Origin: Flavobacteriia bacterium
Lineage (GTDB): Bacteria > Bacteroidota > Bacteroidia > Flavobacteriales > Flavobacteriaceae
Direction: 5' to 3'
Length of the DNA: 64,000 nt
Assembly (NCBI GenBank): GCA_030625645.1
Contig: DAOUQH010000001.1
Span: 22,331-86,330 of the forward strand
Positions 20,444-29,251 of this stretch are shown here, piece after piece. The notes beneath the pieces are model-generated. The model was not told where the DNA came from. It ran no database searches and worked only from the letters and a program-made list of their open reading frames with translations. The stretch's first letter is position 1. Each line of letters begins with the position of its first letter. Made by a program: the position numbers and the translations under genes.

Positions 20444-21712
20444 TTAATCGTATTTAAATTCTTCGTGGGTAATAGATATCTCTTTGCCGAGTAATATACT
20501 TTTTACAACTTTCCAAATATGGTTAGCATTAGGAGGGCATCCAGGAATGTAATAGTCAATTTTTACTACTTCGCTACAAGGATAAACGTTATTTAATAGT
20601 TTTGGAATGTCTTCGTGATTTGGAATTACATTAGCACCTATTTCACTAGTAGCACTGTTAATATAAGCCTCTTCTAAACACTCTTTTAACGGAACAAAAT
20701 TTCGCATTGCTGGAACACCTCCCATTATAGCACATTCTCCAAAACCAATTAAAATGTCACATTTTTTTCTAAATTCTTTTAAAACCTCTACATTTTCAGA
20801 ATTAGCACAACCCCCTTCAACCAATCCAACATGGCAGCGTTTACTAAAGTTTTTAATATCGGTTAAAGGAGATTTGTTAAACTCAACTATTTCAAATATA
20901 TCTATTATATCGGTATCAATATCTAAAAGAGACATGTGACAACCAAAGCATCCCGCAAGAGAAGTAGTAGCAACAATAAATTTTTCTTCTTCCTTTATTT
21001 GAGCCCTAATTCCATTTACAGGTGTTTTTTTAATTTTCCCAAGTAAATCATATTTTCTTTCACCAAAAGGTTCTTCGTAGATCATGCCTTTTACTAAAAT
21101 AGCACCAACTGGACATATATTCATTGCATGAATGGCATGAGCTTCACTTAATTTTTGCTCTTGTTCATAATCAATGTGAACTCTTGTTTTTACACCTCTT
21201 TTTACAAAAGAAAAAACATTTTTCCCATCTTCGGTCTTTATTTCTTCAACACATCTTTTACAAAGAATACATCTATTAGATTCCATAATCATCCTTTTCG
21301 GATTGAAATCGACAATTTTATTGGTAAAAACATGTGGGAATCTAGTATGGGTTAAGCCCATATCATAAGCAAGATTTTGCATGTCGCAATTCCCACTTTT
21401 TTCGCAAGATGAACAAAAGTGATTTCCTTCGGCGTAAAGCATTTCAATTATTGCTTTTCGAGTATCGATAAGTTCCTTAGAGTTAACCTCTATTTCCATA
21501 CCTTCTTTTAGCTTTGTTGTGCAACTGGTAGTTGGTCTTCCATTAATGTTTACTGTACAAATTCGGCAAGTTCCTAAAGGAGGATTCACTTCATGAAAAT
21601 GACAAAGTGTAGGAATATAAATTCCGTTTTCTTTTGCGGCATCTACTAGGTTCTTATCTTCTATAACCTGGTAATTTTTACCGTCAATTTTAATGTTAAC
21701 TAAATTATCCAT
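20444..21712 (-). CDS. hoxU: Fused HoxU (diaphorase Fe-S subunit)-HoxY (hydrogenase small subunit)
   Basis: N-half IPTLC/GTCRIC [2Fe-2S], HFCSSCEKSGNC, CILCKRC..CPVG; C-half SLAGCFGCHMS, GECA, IPGCPP; start MDNLV overlaps the hoxF stop. Confidence 0.88.
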   Translation of the reverse strand: MDNLVNIKIDGKNYQVIEDKNLVDAAKENGIYIPTLCHFHEVNPPLGTCRICTVNINGRPTTSCTTKLKEGMEIEVNSKELIDTRKAIIEMLYAEGNHFCSSCEKSGNCDMQNLAYDMGLTHTRFPHVFTNKIVDFNPKRMIMESNRCILCKRCVEEIKTEDGKNVFSFVKRGVKTRVHIDYEQEQKLSEAHAIHAMNICPVGAILVKGMIYEEPFGERKYDLLGKIKKTPVNGIRAQIKEEEKFIVATTSLAGCFGCHMSLLDIDTDIIDIFEIVEFNKSPLTDIKNFSKRCHVGLVEGGCANSENVEVLKEFRKKCDILIGFGECAIMGGVPAMRNFVPLKECLEEAYINSATSEIGANVIPNHEDIPKLLNNVYPCSEVVKIDYYIPGCPPNANHIWKVVKSILLGKEISITHEEFKYD

Positions 21713-23525
21713 AAGTAGTTTCAATTTCTTCGATTATTTCATCATACCTTTTTACAGCTTTATTAAGATCAAAAGCCTTGTTGATATCTGTATTTTCTGT
21801 AAGTATTTTTTCAAATACTTCAGGAAACTTTTTTAAAGTACAAAGTAGTGCTGTTGAAGATGTTTGACCCAAGCCACATCTACTAGCTCGTTTAATTATG
21901 ATACTCCAATCTTCAATGTCGTTCAAATCTTTTTCATCAGCATGTCCTAGCAAGAGTTTATTTATTTTTTTTCTAAGTAAATAGTTACCTATTCTACACG
22001 GAACGCAAATTCCACATGATTCAGAAACGAAGAAATCACTAATATTCTTTAAAATTGACAGAAAATCTCTTTCTTTATTGAACACCATAAAAGAGCCACC
22101 ACTCCTTACACCTACTGTGTCCATTATTTTGGCATATTCAAGAGGTTTTTTTGGATCATAATCTATTTTGGAGGATAGATTTTCACCAGAGATTTCTCTG
22201 TTAAAATCAATTTTTGAAAGGCATTCACCAGAATAACCGTTATATAAAATAAAATTTGGGTTTTCTGCTTCGATTAGGTTTAAGAAATCTTTTAATTTCA
22301 TTCCCCATTCGATTTCATAAATACCTGGTTTTTTACAATCGCCAGAAACACTAATTAGTTTTGTTCCTGGAGTTTCTTCAGTTCCTAAATTTAGCCATTT
22401 TTTAATACCCATCTCAAAAATTCTAGGTACGGAACAAAGTGTTTCTACATTATTAACTAAAGTGGGTTTACCTAAAAAGCCTTTTTCAACAGGGAAGTAT
22501 TCTTTAATAGATGGCTCTCCTCTTTTCCCTTCCATAGAGTGAATTAATGCAGTTTCTTCACCACAAACGTAAGCTCCAGCTCCCATGTGTACATATAGGT
22601 CAAAATCAAAATTTTTAATTCCTAGGATATCATTACCTAATAATCCTTTTTCTTTGAATTCTTTAATTTTATCTTCAATTTTATCTTTTAGGTAGAAGTA
22701 TTCTGCTCTTAAGTAAATTGCACCTTTTGTTGCTCCAACAGCATAAGCTGCCATAGCCATACCTTCAATAAGTAAACCGGGATATTTATTCATTAACACA
22801 CGATCTTTAAAAGTTCCGGGTTCACCTTCATCAGCATTACATATGACATATTTTTGAGTGGCCTTATTATTTTTACAGAATTGCCACTTTAACCCGGTTG
22901 GGAAGAATGCGCCACCTCTACCTGCGAGTTTTGATTGCTTAACATAATCAATAACCTCATCTAGTTTCATCTTTTTCAACATTTTTAAGGCAGAACCCGG
23001 AATATATTTTTTCAAAAAAACAGTTTTATTGTTTTCTGGGGTATATCTAATATTGTTTTTTGGAATTTTACTAATGGAATCGATAGATTCTCCTTTTCTT
23101 AATTTAGCAATGATATTTTTTACTTTTTTTTGGCTTAAGTTTGTAAAAGCCTCAAAATTTATTAAAGCTGATGTTTCCTGATCGCTAAGTCCGATACACG
23201 GAGTTTCAAATAAACCAAACATTTTATCTTCAGTTACTTTTCCAAAACTTACTCCTACTTCTTTTTCTAAAGCCTCTTTTACAAGGTCGTAATCTTTGTG
23301 TTTTGAAACGATTGAATTGTTAAGATAAATTGTGTACTTTCCAGCATGAGTTCTGTGATAAAAATGGTAAAATGAAATAACACCTTCCAGTTCCATTCTA
23401 GAAATATCAAACTCATGGCAAATTTTTGTCATATCGTCATGATTGATGAAGCGTCTCTTTTTTTGAATGTCCCATAAAACACTCATTAAAGAAGTTCTTG
23501 ACGTAGGTTTTTTTAATGTTTCCAT
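21705..23525 (-). CDS. hoxF: NAD-reducing hydrogenase diaphorase flavoprotein subunit (NuoE-like + NuoF-like domains)
   Basis: GRGGAFFPTGLKW, CNADEGEPGTFKDR, GAGAYVCGEETAL, ESCGICVPCR..CGLG; start set at METLKK. Confidence 0.92.
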   Translation of the reverse strand: METLKKPTSRTSLMSVLWDIQKKRRFINHDDMTKICHEFDISRMELEGVISFYHFYHRTHAGKYTIYLNNSIVSKHKDYDLVKEALEKEVGVSFGKVTEDKMFGLFETPCIGLSDQETSALINFEAFTNLSQKKVKNIIAKLRKGESIDSISKIPKNNIRYTPENNKTVFLKKYIPGSALKMLKKMKLDEVIDYVKQSKLAGRGGAFFPTGLKWQFCKNNKATQKYVICNADEGEPGTFKDRVLMNKYPGLLIEGMAMAAYAVGATKGAIYLRAEYFYLKDKIEDKIKEFKEKGLLGNDILGIKNFDFDLYVHMGAGAYVCGEETALIHSMEGKRGEPSIKEYFPVEKGFLGKPTLVNNVETLCSVPRIFEMGIKKWLNLGTEETPGTKLISVSGDCKKPGIYEIEWGMKLKDFLNLIEAENPNFILYNGYSGECLSKIDFNREISGENLSSKIDYDPKKPLEYAKIMDTVGVRSGGSFMVFNKERDFLSILKNISDFFVSESCGICVPCRIGNYLLRKKINKLLLGHADEKDLNDIEDWSIIIKRASRCGLGQTSSTALLCTLKKFPEVFEKILTENTDINKAFDLNKAVKRYDEIIEEIETTYG

Positions 23526-23583
23526 AATAAAAAAATATGATATAATATGTAATAAAAGTAACACATAATAAAATCCCAATAAC

Positions 23584-23595
23584 TGATATATGTCA
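23584..23595 (-). promoter_or_regulatory. Candidate CRP/FNR-family box upstream of hoxF
   Basis: (T)TGAC-ATAT-ATCA on the minus strand, 23 nt upstream of a degenerate -7 element TACTTTTA (23553-23560). Confidence 0.55.
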
Positions 23596-23700
23596 ACTAT
23601 TGAATATTTATATATTATTTAAAATATTATGAAAAAAACGGAATTATATTGTTATTAATATAATAATAAGCAATATATATTAAATAAAATGTAGTAAAAA

Positions 23701-24042
23701 CTATGAAATCTCTAAAGATCTAACTTTCAGTTCTTTGCCTTGAACGATACCTTTTAAGTAGCTATTGCATTTTGGGCATGCATCGTAGATATTTTTAATA
23801 TCAAAATTAGTATCACAATCCAAACATTTGGCTCTACCTTTTATTATGTCAATCTTTTTTATAGCATTTTCTAAAACACTATCTTTTACTGCCATTTCCC
23901 AAACAAAATTTAGCGCATCAATCTCAACACCTGACAACTCACCAATTTCTAACTCAATAATTTCAATAGCAGATGCATTAACTTTTTTGGCTTCTTTTTC
24001 GGCAATATCTACTATGCCCATTGCAATGGATAATTCGTGCAT
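23701..24042 (-). CDS. hypA: Hydrogenase nickel metallochaperone HypA
   Basis: MHELSIA, CLDC..CPKC zinc site, GKELKV. Confidence 0.95.
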   Translation of the reverse strand: MHELSIAMGIVDIAEKEAKKVNASAIEIIELEIGELSGVEIDALNFVWEMAVKDSVLENAIKKIDIIKGRAKCLDCDTNFDIKNIYDACPKCNSYLKGIVQGKELKVRSLEIS

Positions 24043-24174
24043 TTTTTATTGATTTATTTAATCATCTCCAAATTTAATAAAACTATTTTATAAACGGATA
24101 GTTAAGATTTCTACTTTATACGCTACATTTTTATTATATATATATTATTTAAAATGTTTCTAAACTAATTAAAA

Positions 24175-24190
24175 TATGATATAAGTCATA
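24175..24190 (+). promoter_or_regulatory. Candidate CRP/FNR-family box upstream of hyaA
   Basis: TATGAT-ATAA-GTCATA near-palindrome about 75 nt upstream of the ATG. Confidence 0.55.
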
Positions 24191-24263
24191 TTTTTTTGTT
24201 ATAATCTTAATAACTTAATAGCCTGACAATGAATTATATACTTGTTTAATCAAAATATGGATT

Positions 24264-25388
24264 ATGGATCACACATTAAAAAAAGATGATACCTATTATG
24301 AAAGTATCATAAAAAAAGGACACTCTAGAAGGGATTTTATGAAATTTGCAACTTTTATTACTGCCTTTATGGGTTATGAATCTTCAGTAGTTGGTCAGGT
24401 TGCAAAAGCATTGGAAACTAAACGAAGAATACCTGTTATTTGGGAACATTTTCAAGAATGTACAGGTTGCTCAGAGTCTTTTATTCGTTCAGATCATCCA
24501 CTTGTTGCCGATTTAATTTTAGATAGTATTTCCTTAGATTATACAGATACTTTGATGGCTGCATCTGGTCATAATGCAGAAGAAGCAAAACAAGAATCCA
24601 TGAAAGAAAATTATGGAAAATATATTCTTATTGTTGAAGGAGCAATTCCAACAAAAGATGATGGGGTTTATTGCACTATTGCCGGAAGAACTGCAGTTGA
24701 GATTTTAAAAGAATCTGCTGCAGGTGCTGCTGCAATCATTACTTTTGGTAGTTGTTCTGCTTGGGGAGGCGTACAAGCAGCTTCTCCTAATCCTACAGGT
24801 TCTGTTCCTGTAGATGAGATTATTAAAGATAAGCCAATTATTAAGGTACCAGGTTGTCCTCCAATTTCTGAAGTAATGACAGGTGTTATAGTGCATTATG
24901 CTACTTTTGGAACAATTCCAGATTTAGATTCTATGGGAAGACCTAAGCAGTTTTATGGGAAAAGAGTACATGATAGCTGCTATAGAAGACCATATTTTGA
25001 TGCAGGATTGTATGCTGAAACTTTTGATAGTGAAGAAGCAAAAAAAGGATATTGTTTGTATAAATTAGGCTGTAGAGGACCTGTTACTTATAATTCTTGT
25101 GGTACAATGGGATGGAATAATGGAGTGAGTTTCCCAATAAAATCAGGTTATCCTTGTATAGGATGTAGTGAAGATAATTTCTGGGATAATGGACCATTTA
25201 CCGAAAGATTAGTAAATGTACCTGGAATGGGTATTGAAGCGACTGCTGATAAAGTTGGTAAAATTGCTTTAGGAGCGACTGCTGTTGGTATTGCCGGACA
25301 TGCAATTCTCACAAATATAGCAAAGAAAAAGGAAATGAAAGTGGCACATGAAATGGCAGAAAAAAATAAAAACCGTATAAAAGATTAA
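24264..25388 (+). CDS. hyaA: Group 1 membrane-bound [NiFe]-hydrogenase small subunit
   Basis: Tat motif SRRDFMK, ECTGCSES, PGCPP, HDSCYRR, CLYKLGC, C-terminal TM anchor. Confidence 0.93.
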   Translation: MDHTLKKDDTYYESIIKKGHSRRDFMKFATFITAFMGYESSVVGQVAKALETKRRIPVIWEHFQECTGCSESFIRSDHPLVADLILDSISLDYTDTLMAASGHNAEEAKQESMKENYGKYILIVEGAIPTKDDGVYCTIAGRTAVEILKESAAGAAAIITFGSCSAWGGVQAASPNPTGSVPVDEIIKDKPIIKVPGCPPISEVMTGVIVHYATFGTIPDLDSMGRPKQFYGKRVHDSCYRRPYFDAGLYAETFDSEEAKKGYCLYKLGCRGPVTYNSCGTMGWNNGVSFPIKSGYPCIGCSEDNFWDNGPFTERLVNVPGMGIEATADKVGKIALGATAVGIAGHAILTNIAKKKEMKVAHEMAEKNKNRIKD

Positions 25389-25405
25389 AATTAACAATAT
25401 AGATT

Positions 25406-27142
25406 ATGGCAAATAGAATAGTTATAGATCCGATAACCAGAATAGAAGGGCATTTACGTGTAGAAGCCGAAATAAAAGAAGGTAAAGTTACAAATGCTTA
25501 TTGTTCCTCAACAATGGTGAGGGGAATGGAAAAAATAGTTGAAGGGAGAGATCCTCGCGATGTTTGGGCATTTGTTCAGAGAACTTGTGGTGTTTGTACA
25601 ACAGTACACGCTATTGCATCTATCCGCTCCGTAGAAGATGCTTTGGATATTGTAATTCCGCCAAATGCAGAATTAGCAAGAAATATCATTACCATATCAC
25701 ATGCAATGCAAGATCATGTTGTTCATTTTTATCATTTACATGCACTTGATTGGGTTGATATTACACAAGTTTTAAATGCTGATCCTAAAGCAACATCACT
25801 TTTAGCACAAAGTATTTCAAAATGGCATAATAGCTCACCAGGTTACTTTTCAGATGTTAAAAAAAGAATCAAAAAATTTGTAGATAGTGGTCAATTAGGA
25901 ATCTTTGCAAAAGGATATTGGGGTCACCCAGCAATGAAGTTACCAGCTGAAGTTAATTTACTTGCAGTTGCTCATTATTTAGAAGCACTTGAATGGCAAA
26001 AAGAAATTGTAAAAGTTCATACTATATTAGGAGGTAAAAACCCACATCCACATTTCTTGGTTGGTGGAATGGCATCAGCACTTAATGTTGGTGATGCAGG
26101 AGGTTTAAATATTGAAAGATTAGCTTATATAAGTAAGTTATTAAAAGATGCCAAAAAATTCATTAATGAAGTTTATATACCAGATCTTTTAGCAATTGCT
26201 TCTTTCTACAAAGATTGGGGAGCTATTGGAGGTTCAAAATTCAACAACTATTTATCATACGGCGACTTACCTACAGGCGGATATAGAAATCCATCTACTT
26301 TTAAATGGCCTCAAGGAATTATCCTTAACGGAGATTTAAGTACGGTACATCCTGTTGATTTAGAAAAAACAGATGATATTCAAGAATTTGTGAATAAAGC
26401 TTGGTATGATTATAAAGGTGGAAATGATAAAGGATTACATCCTTGGGAAGGGGAAACAAATATAAATTATACCGGACCAAAACCACCTTATGAATATTTA
26501 GATGTTGAAAAAGAATATAGTTTTGTAAAAACACCAAGATGGCAAGGAAAACCAATGGAAGTTGGTCCGCTATCAAGAATGTTAGTAGGATATGCTAAAG
26601 GTATTCCTGAATATAAAGAAGTTGTTAATTATGCACTTAAAACGTTAGATGTTCCTGCTGCTGCGCTATTCTCTACTTTAGGTAGAACTGCTGCTAGAGG
26701 ATTAGAATCTATTTTATTAGCAGATTGGGGTCTTGAATTTTTTGATGATTTACTAAATAACATAAAAAATGGAGATACAAGAATGGCAAATATGGAAAAA
26801 TATGAACCACATAAATGGCCTAAAGAAGCAAAAGGTGTTGGTTATATGGAAGCACCTAGAGGAGGTTTGGCACATTGGATTACTATTAAAGATCGTAAAA
26901 CAGAAAATTATCAAATGGTTGTTCCTACAACATGGAATGCAGGACCTCGTGATCCTAAAGGGCAAATGTCAGCTTATGAATCAGCTTTAATTGGTACGCC
27001 AGTGGCAGACCCTGATAATCCTGTGGAAATTTTAAGAACTATTCATTCATTTGATCCTTGTTTGGCTTGTGCCGTTCATTTATACGATGAACAAGGGAAA
27101 AACATCAGTCAAGTTCAAATAGGAGGATCATGTAGCATTTAA
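25406..27142 (+). CDS. hyaB: Group 1 [NiFe]-hydrogenase large subunit
   Basis: DPITRIEGH, L1 QRTCGVCTTVH, EAPRG, L2 SFDPCLACAVH plus a C-terminal extension. Confidence 0.95.
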   Translation: MANRIVIDPITRIEGHLRVEAEIKEGKVTNAYCSSTMVRGMEKIVEGRDPRDVWAFVQRTCGVCTTVHAIASIRSVEDALDIVIPPNAELARNIITISHAMQDHVVHFYHLHALDWVDITQVLNADPKATSLLAQSISKWHNSSPGYFSDVKKRIKKFVDSGQLGIFAKGYWGHPAMKLPAEVNLLAVAHYLEALEWQKEIVKVHTILGGKNPHPHFLVGGMASALNVGDAGGLNIERLAYISKLLKDAKKFINEVYIPDLLAIASFYKDWGAIGGSKFNNYLSYGDLPTGGYRNPSTFKWPQGIILNGDLSTVHPVDLEKTDDIQEFVNKAWYDYKGGNDKGLHPWEGETNINYTGPKPPYEYLDVEKEYSFVKTPRWQGKPMEVGPLSRMLVGYAKGIPEYKEVVNYALKTLDVPAAALFSTLGRTAARGLESILLADWGLEFFDDLLNNIKNGDTRMANMEKYEPHKWPKEAKGVGYMEAPRGGLAHWITIKDRKTENYQMVVPTTWNAGPRDPKGQMSAYESALIGTPVADPDNPVEILRTIHSFDPCLACAVHLYDEQGKNISQVQIGGSCSI

Positions 27143-27159
27143 CCAATAAATTTAACAAA

Positions 27160-27885
27160 ATGACATCATTAACACATAATTATAAAAGAGTTTATGTTTG
27201 GAGTATTGTGGTTAGGCTTTTTCATTGGACAACAGCTTTTTCTACGATAATTCTTATTATTACAGGGTTTATAATTGCTGATCCACCTGCAATAAATAGT
27301 AATGTGGAAGCAACAAATTCCTATTGGTTTGGATACGTTAGAGCTATACATTTTATTACTGCATTTATTTTGGTGGCAGTTGTAATCTTTAGATTTTATT
27401 GGTCTTTTGTAGGTAATCGATTTGCTAGTTGGAGAAACTTTATTCCATTTACAAAAAAAGGGATAAGTAATATTTGGCATGTTCTTAAAGTGGATATACT
27501 TTTGTTACCGGATAAAGATCATAAACTTTCAAACATTAGCATCGGACATAATTATTTAGCAGCTTTTTCATATTTAATTATGACCCTACTTTTTGTATTA
27601 CAATTTTCAACTGGATTTGCTTTAATGTCTGAAACTTCTGATTTTTGGTTTACCAATATGTTTGCCTGGATATTACCATTTTTTGGGGGAGATATTTTAA
27701 CAAGATATATTCACCATATTTCAACATGGATCTTTATGATTTTTATTTTAGTTCATGTATATCTTGTACTTTATCATGATTATGTTGAGGCAAGAGGAGA
27801 AGTTTCTTCAATGATCAGTGGTTATAAATTTGTTAGAGCAGAAAGATTTGATCGAAGCAGGCCAGAAGTTGAAGAAAATAATTAA
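27160..27885 (+). CDS. hyaC: Ni/Fe-hydrogenase b-type cytochrome subunit
   Basis: VYVWSIVVRLFHW, RAIHF, GHN, YIHH..VHVY heme-ligating His; 4 TM. Confidence 0.93.
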   Translation: MTSLTHNYKRVYVWSIVVRLFHWTTAFSTIILIITGFIIADPPAINSNVEATNSYWFGYVRAIHFITAFILVAVVIFRFYWSFVGNRFASWRNFIPFTKKGISNIWHVLKVDILLLPDKDHKLSNISIGHNYLAAFSYLIMTLLFVLQFSTGFALMSETSDFWFTNMFAWILPFFGGDILTRYIHHISTWIFMIFILVHVYLVLYHDYVEARGEVSSMISGYKFVRAERFDRSRPEVEENN

Positions 27886-27982
27886 TAATAAAAAAAACAT
27901 GTTGAAAATCAAATATTTAAAGTCTGGATTACAGACATTAAATATTTGACTTTATAACATTTTATCAATAAGATATTTGCCT

Positions 27983-28534
27983 ATGATTTCAGATGATATA
28001 ATAGAGTTGCAAAAACTTTTTTATCAAACACATGATTATTTAGATAATGAAGATAAAGATAGAATTTTAGTTTTAGGTATAGGAAATTACCTAATGGGAG
28101 ATGAAGGAGTTGGAGTACATTCTATACATGCATTAGATAAAATTAACTTGCCTGATAAAGTTGATATTATGGATGGGGGTACAGGAAGCTTTGATCTTAT
28201 GCCAATTCTTTCTCGATATCCTTTGGTAATTTTTATCGATGCTACAATGGATTTAAAACCTCCAGGAACTATTAATGTAATCTACCCAAAATTTGCAAAA
28301 GATTTCCCTTCTGTATTAAGCGCTCATGATGTAGGCTTAAAAGACATGATCGACGCATTAGAATTTCAGGAAGAATTACCAAGAATAATATTAATTACAG
28401 TTTCAATTAAAGAAATGATTCCAATGACAATTGAATTAACAGAAGATGTTAAAAAAAGCATTCCTAAAGTAGCTGAAAAAGTAGTAGAAATTTTAGGGAA
28501 TATAAAAATTGTAGAAAAGGAAATATCTAAATAA
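27983..28534 (+). CDS. hyaD: Hydrogenase maturation endopeptidase (HyaD/HybD)
   Basis: LVLGIGNYLMGDEGVGV, DGGT, SAHDVGL. Confidence 0.9.
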   Translation: MISDDIIELQKLFYQTHDYLDNEDKDRILVLGIGNYLMGDEGVGVHSIHALDKINLPDKVDIMDGGTGSFDLMPILSRYPLVIFIDATMDLKPPGTINVIYPKFAKDFPSVLSAHDVGLKDMIDALEFQEELPRIILITVSIKEMIPMTIELTEDVKKSIPKVAEKVVEILGNIKIVEKEISK

Positions 28535-28557
28535 TAATCTAATTTAAATGAATTAAA

Positions 28558-29127
28558 ATGTTAAAAGGAACTAAAACCGAACAAAATTTATTAAAGGCAT
28601 TTGCTGGTGAGTCACAAGCAAAAATGCGGTATGAATTTTTTTCAAAAGCAGCCGCAAAAGAAGGCTATAAACAAATTGCTGCAATTTTTCAAGAAACAGC
28701 AGATCAAGAAAAAGAACATGCGAAAAGATTTTTTAAATTTTTAGAAGGAGGGGATACTGAAATTACTGCCACTTATCCCGCAGGAATTATTGGAACAACC
28801 AAAGAAAATTTAAAAGCTGCAGCTGAAGGAGAAAATGAAGAATGGACAGATTTATACCCTGAATTTGCTAAAATAGCCGAAGAAGAAGGATTTAAAGATG
28901 TTGCAATTGCTTTTAGAATGATAGCAAAAGTAGAAGCCGAACACGAAAGAAGATATTTAAAATTACTACAAAATATTTCGGAAGATAAAGTGTTTATCAA
29001 AAATGGTAAAGTTTGGTGGAAATGCTTGAATTGTGGTTATGTATATCAATCTGAAAAAGCACTTGAAGTATGTCCGGCATGCTTGCATCCAAAATCTTAT
29101 ATGCAAGTTAGAGAAGAAAATTATTAG
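28558..29127 (+). CDS. rbr: Rubrerythrin
   Basis: AFAGESQA, EKEHA, EAEHERRY diiron motifs; C-terminal CLNC..CPAC rubredoxin domain. Confidence 0.95.
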   Translation: MLKGTKTEQNLLKAFAGESQAKMRYEFFSKAAAKEGYKQIAAIFQETADQEKEHAKRFFKFLEGGDTEITATYPAGIIGTTKENLKAAAEGENEEWTDLYPEFAKIAEEEGFKDVAIAFRMIAKVEAEHERRYLKLLQNISEDKVFIKNGKVWWKCLNCGYVYQSEKALEVCPACLHPKSYMQVREENY

Positions 29128-29175
29128 TAAAATTTTAAAATTAATTGAATTAGGTGTTAAAACACCTATTGGGGG

Positions 29176-29209
29176 AAAAAGCTTATCCATTAATTTGGAT
29201 AAGCTTTTT
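29176..29209 (+). terminator. Intrinsic terminator after the hyaABCD-rbr operon
   Basis: aaaaagcttatcca-ttaatt-tggataagcttttt; a second small hairpin at 29151-29168. Confidence 0.7.
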
Positions 29210-29251
29210 GATTTTTCTTAAATTAGTACTTTGTAATTTTTATACATAATA

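Noticed and set aside
21705-23525. Respiratory complex I NuoEF/NuoG genes
   Set aside because: They are co-transcribed with the HoxY domain, HoxH and a protease, and there are no membrane Nuo subunits; this is the Hox diaphorase.
18982-27142. Selenocysteine ([NiFeSe]) hydrogenase
   Set aside because: Both L2 motifs are all-Cys (DPCLSC, DPCLAC) with no in-frame TGA.
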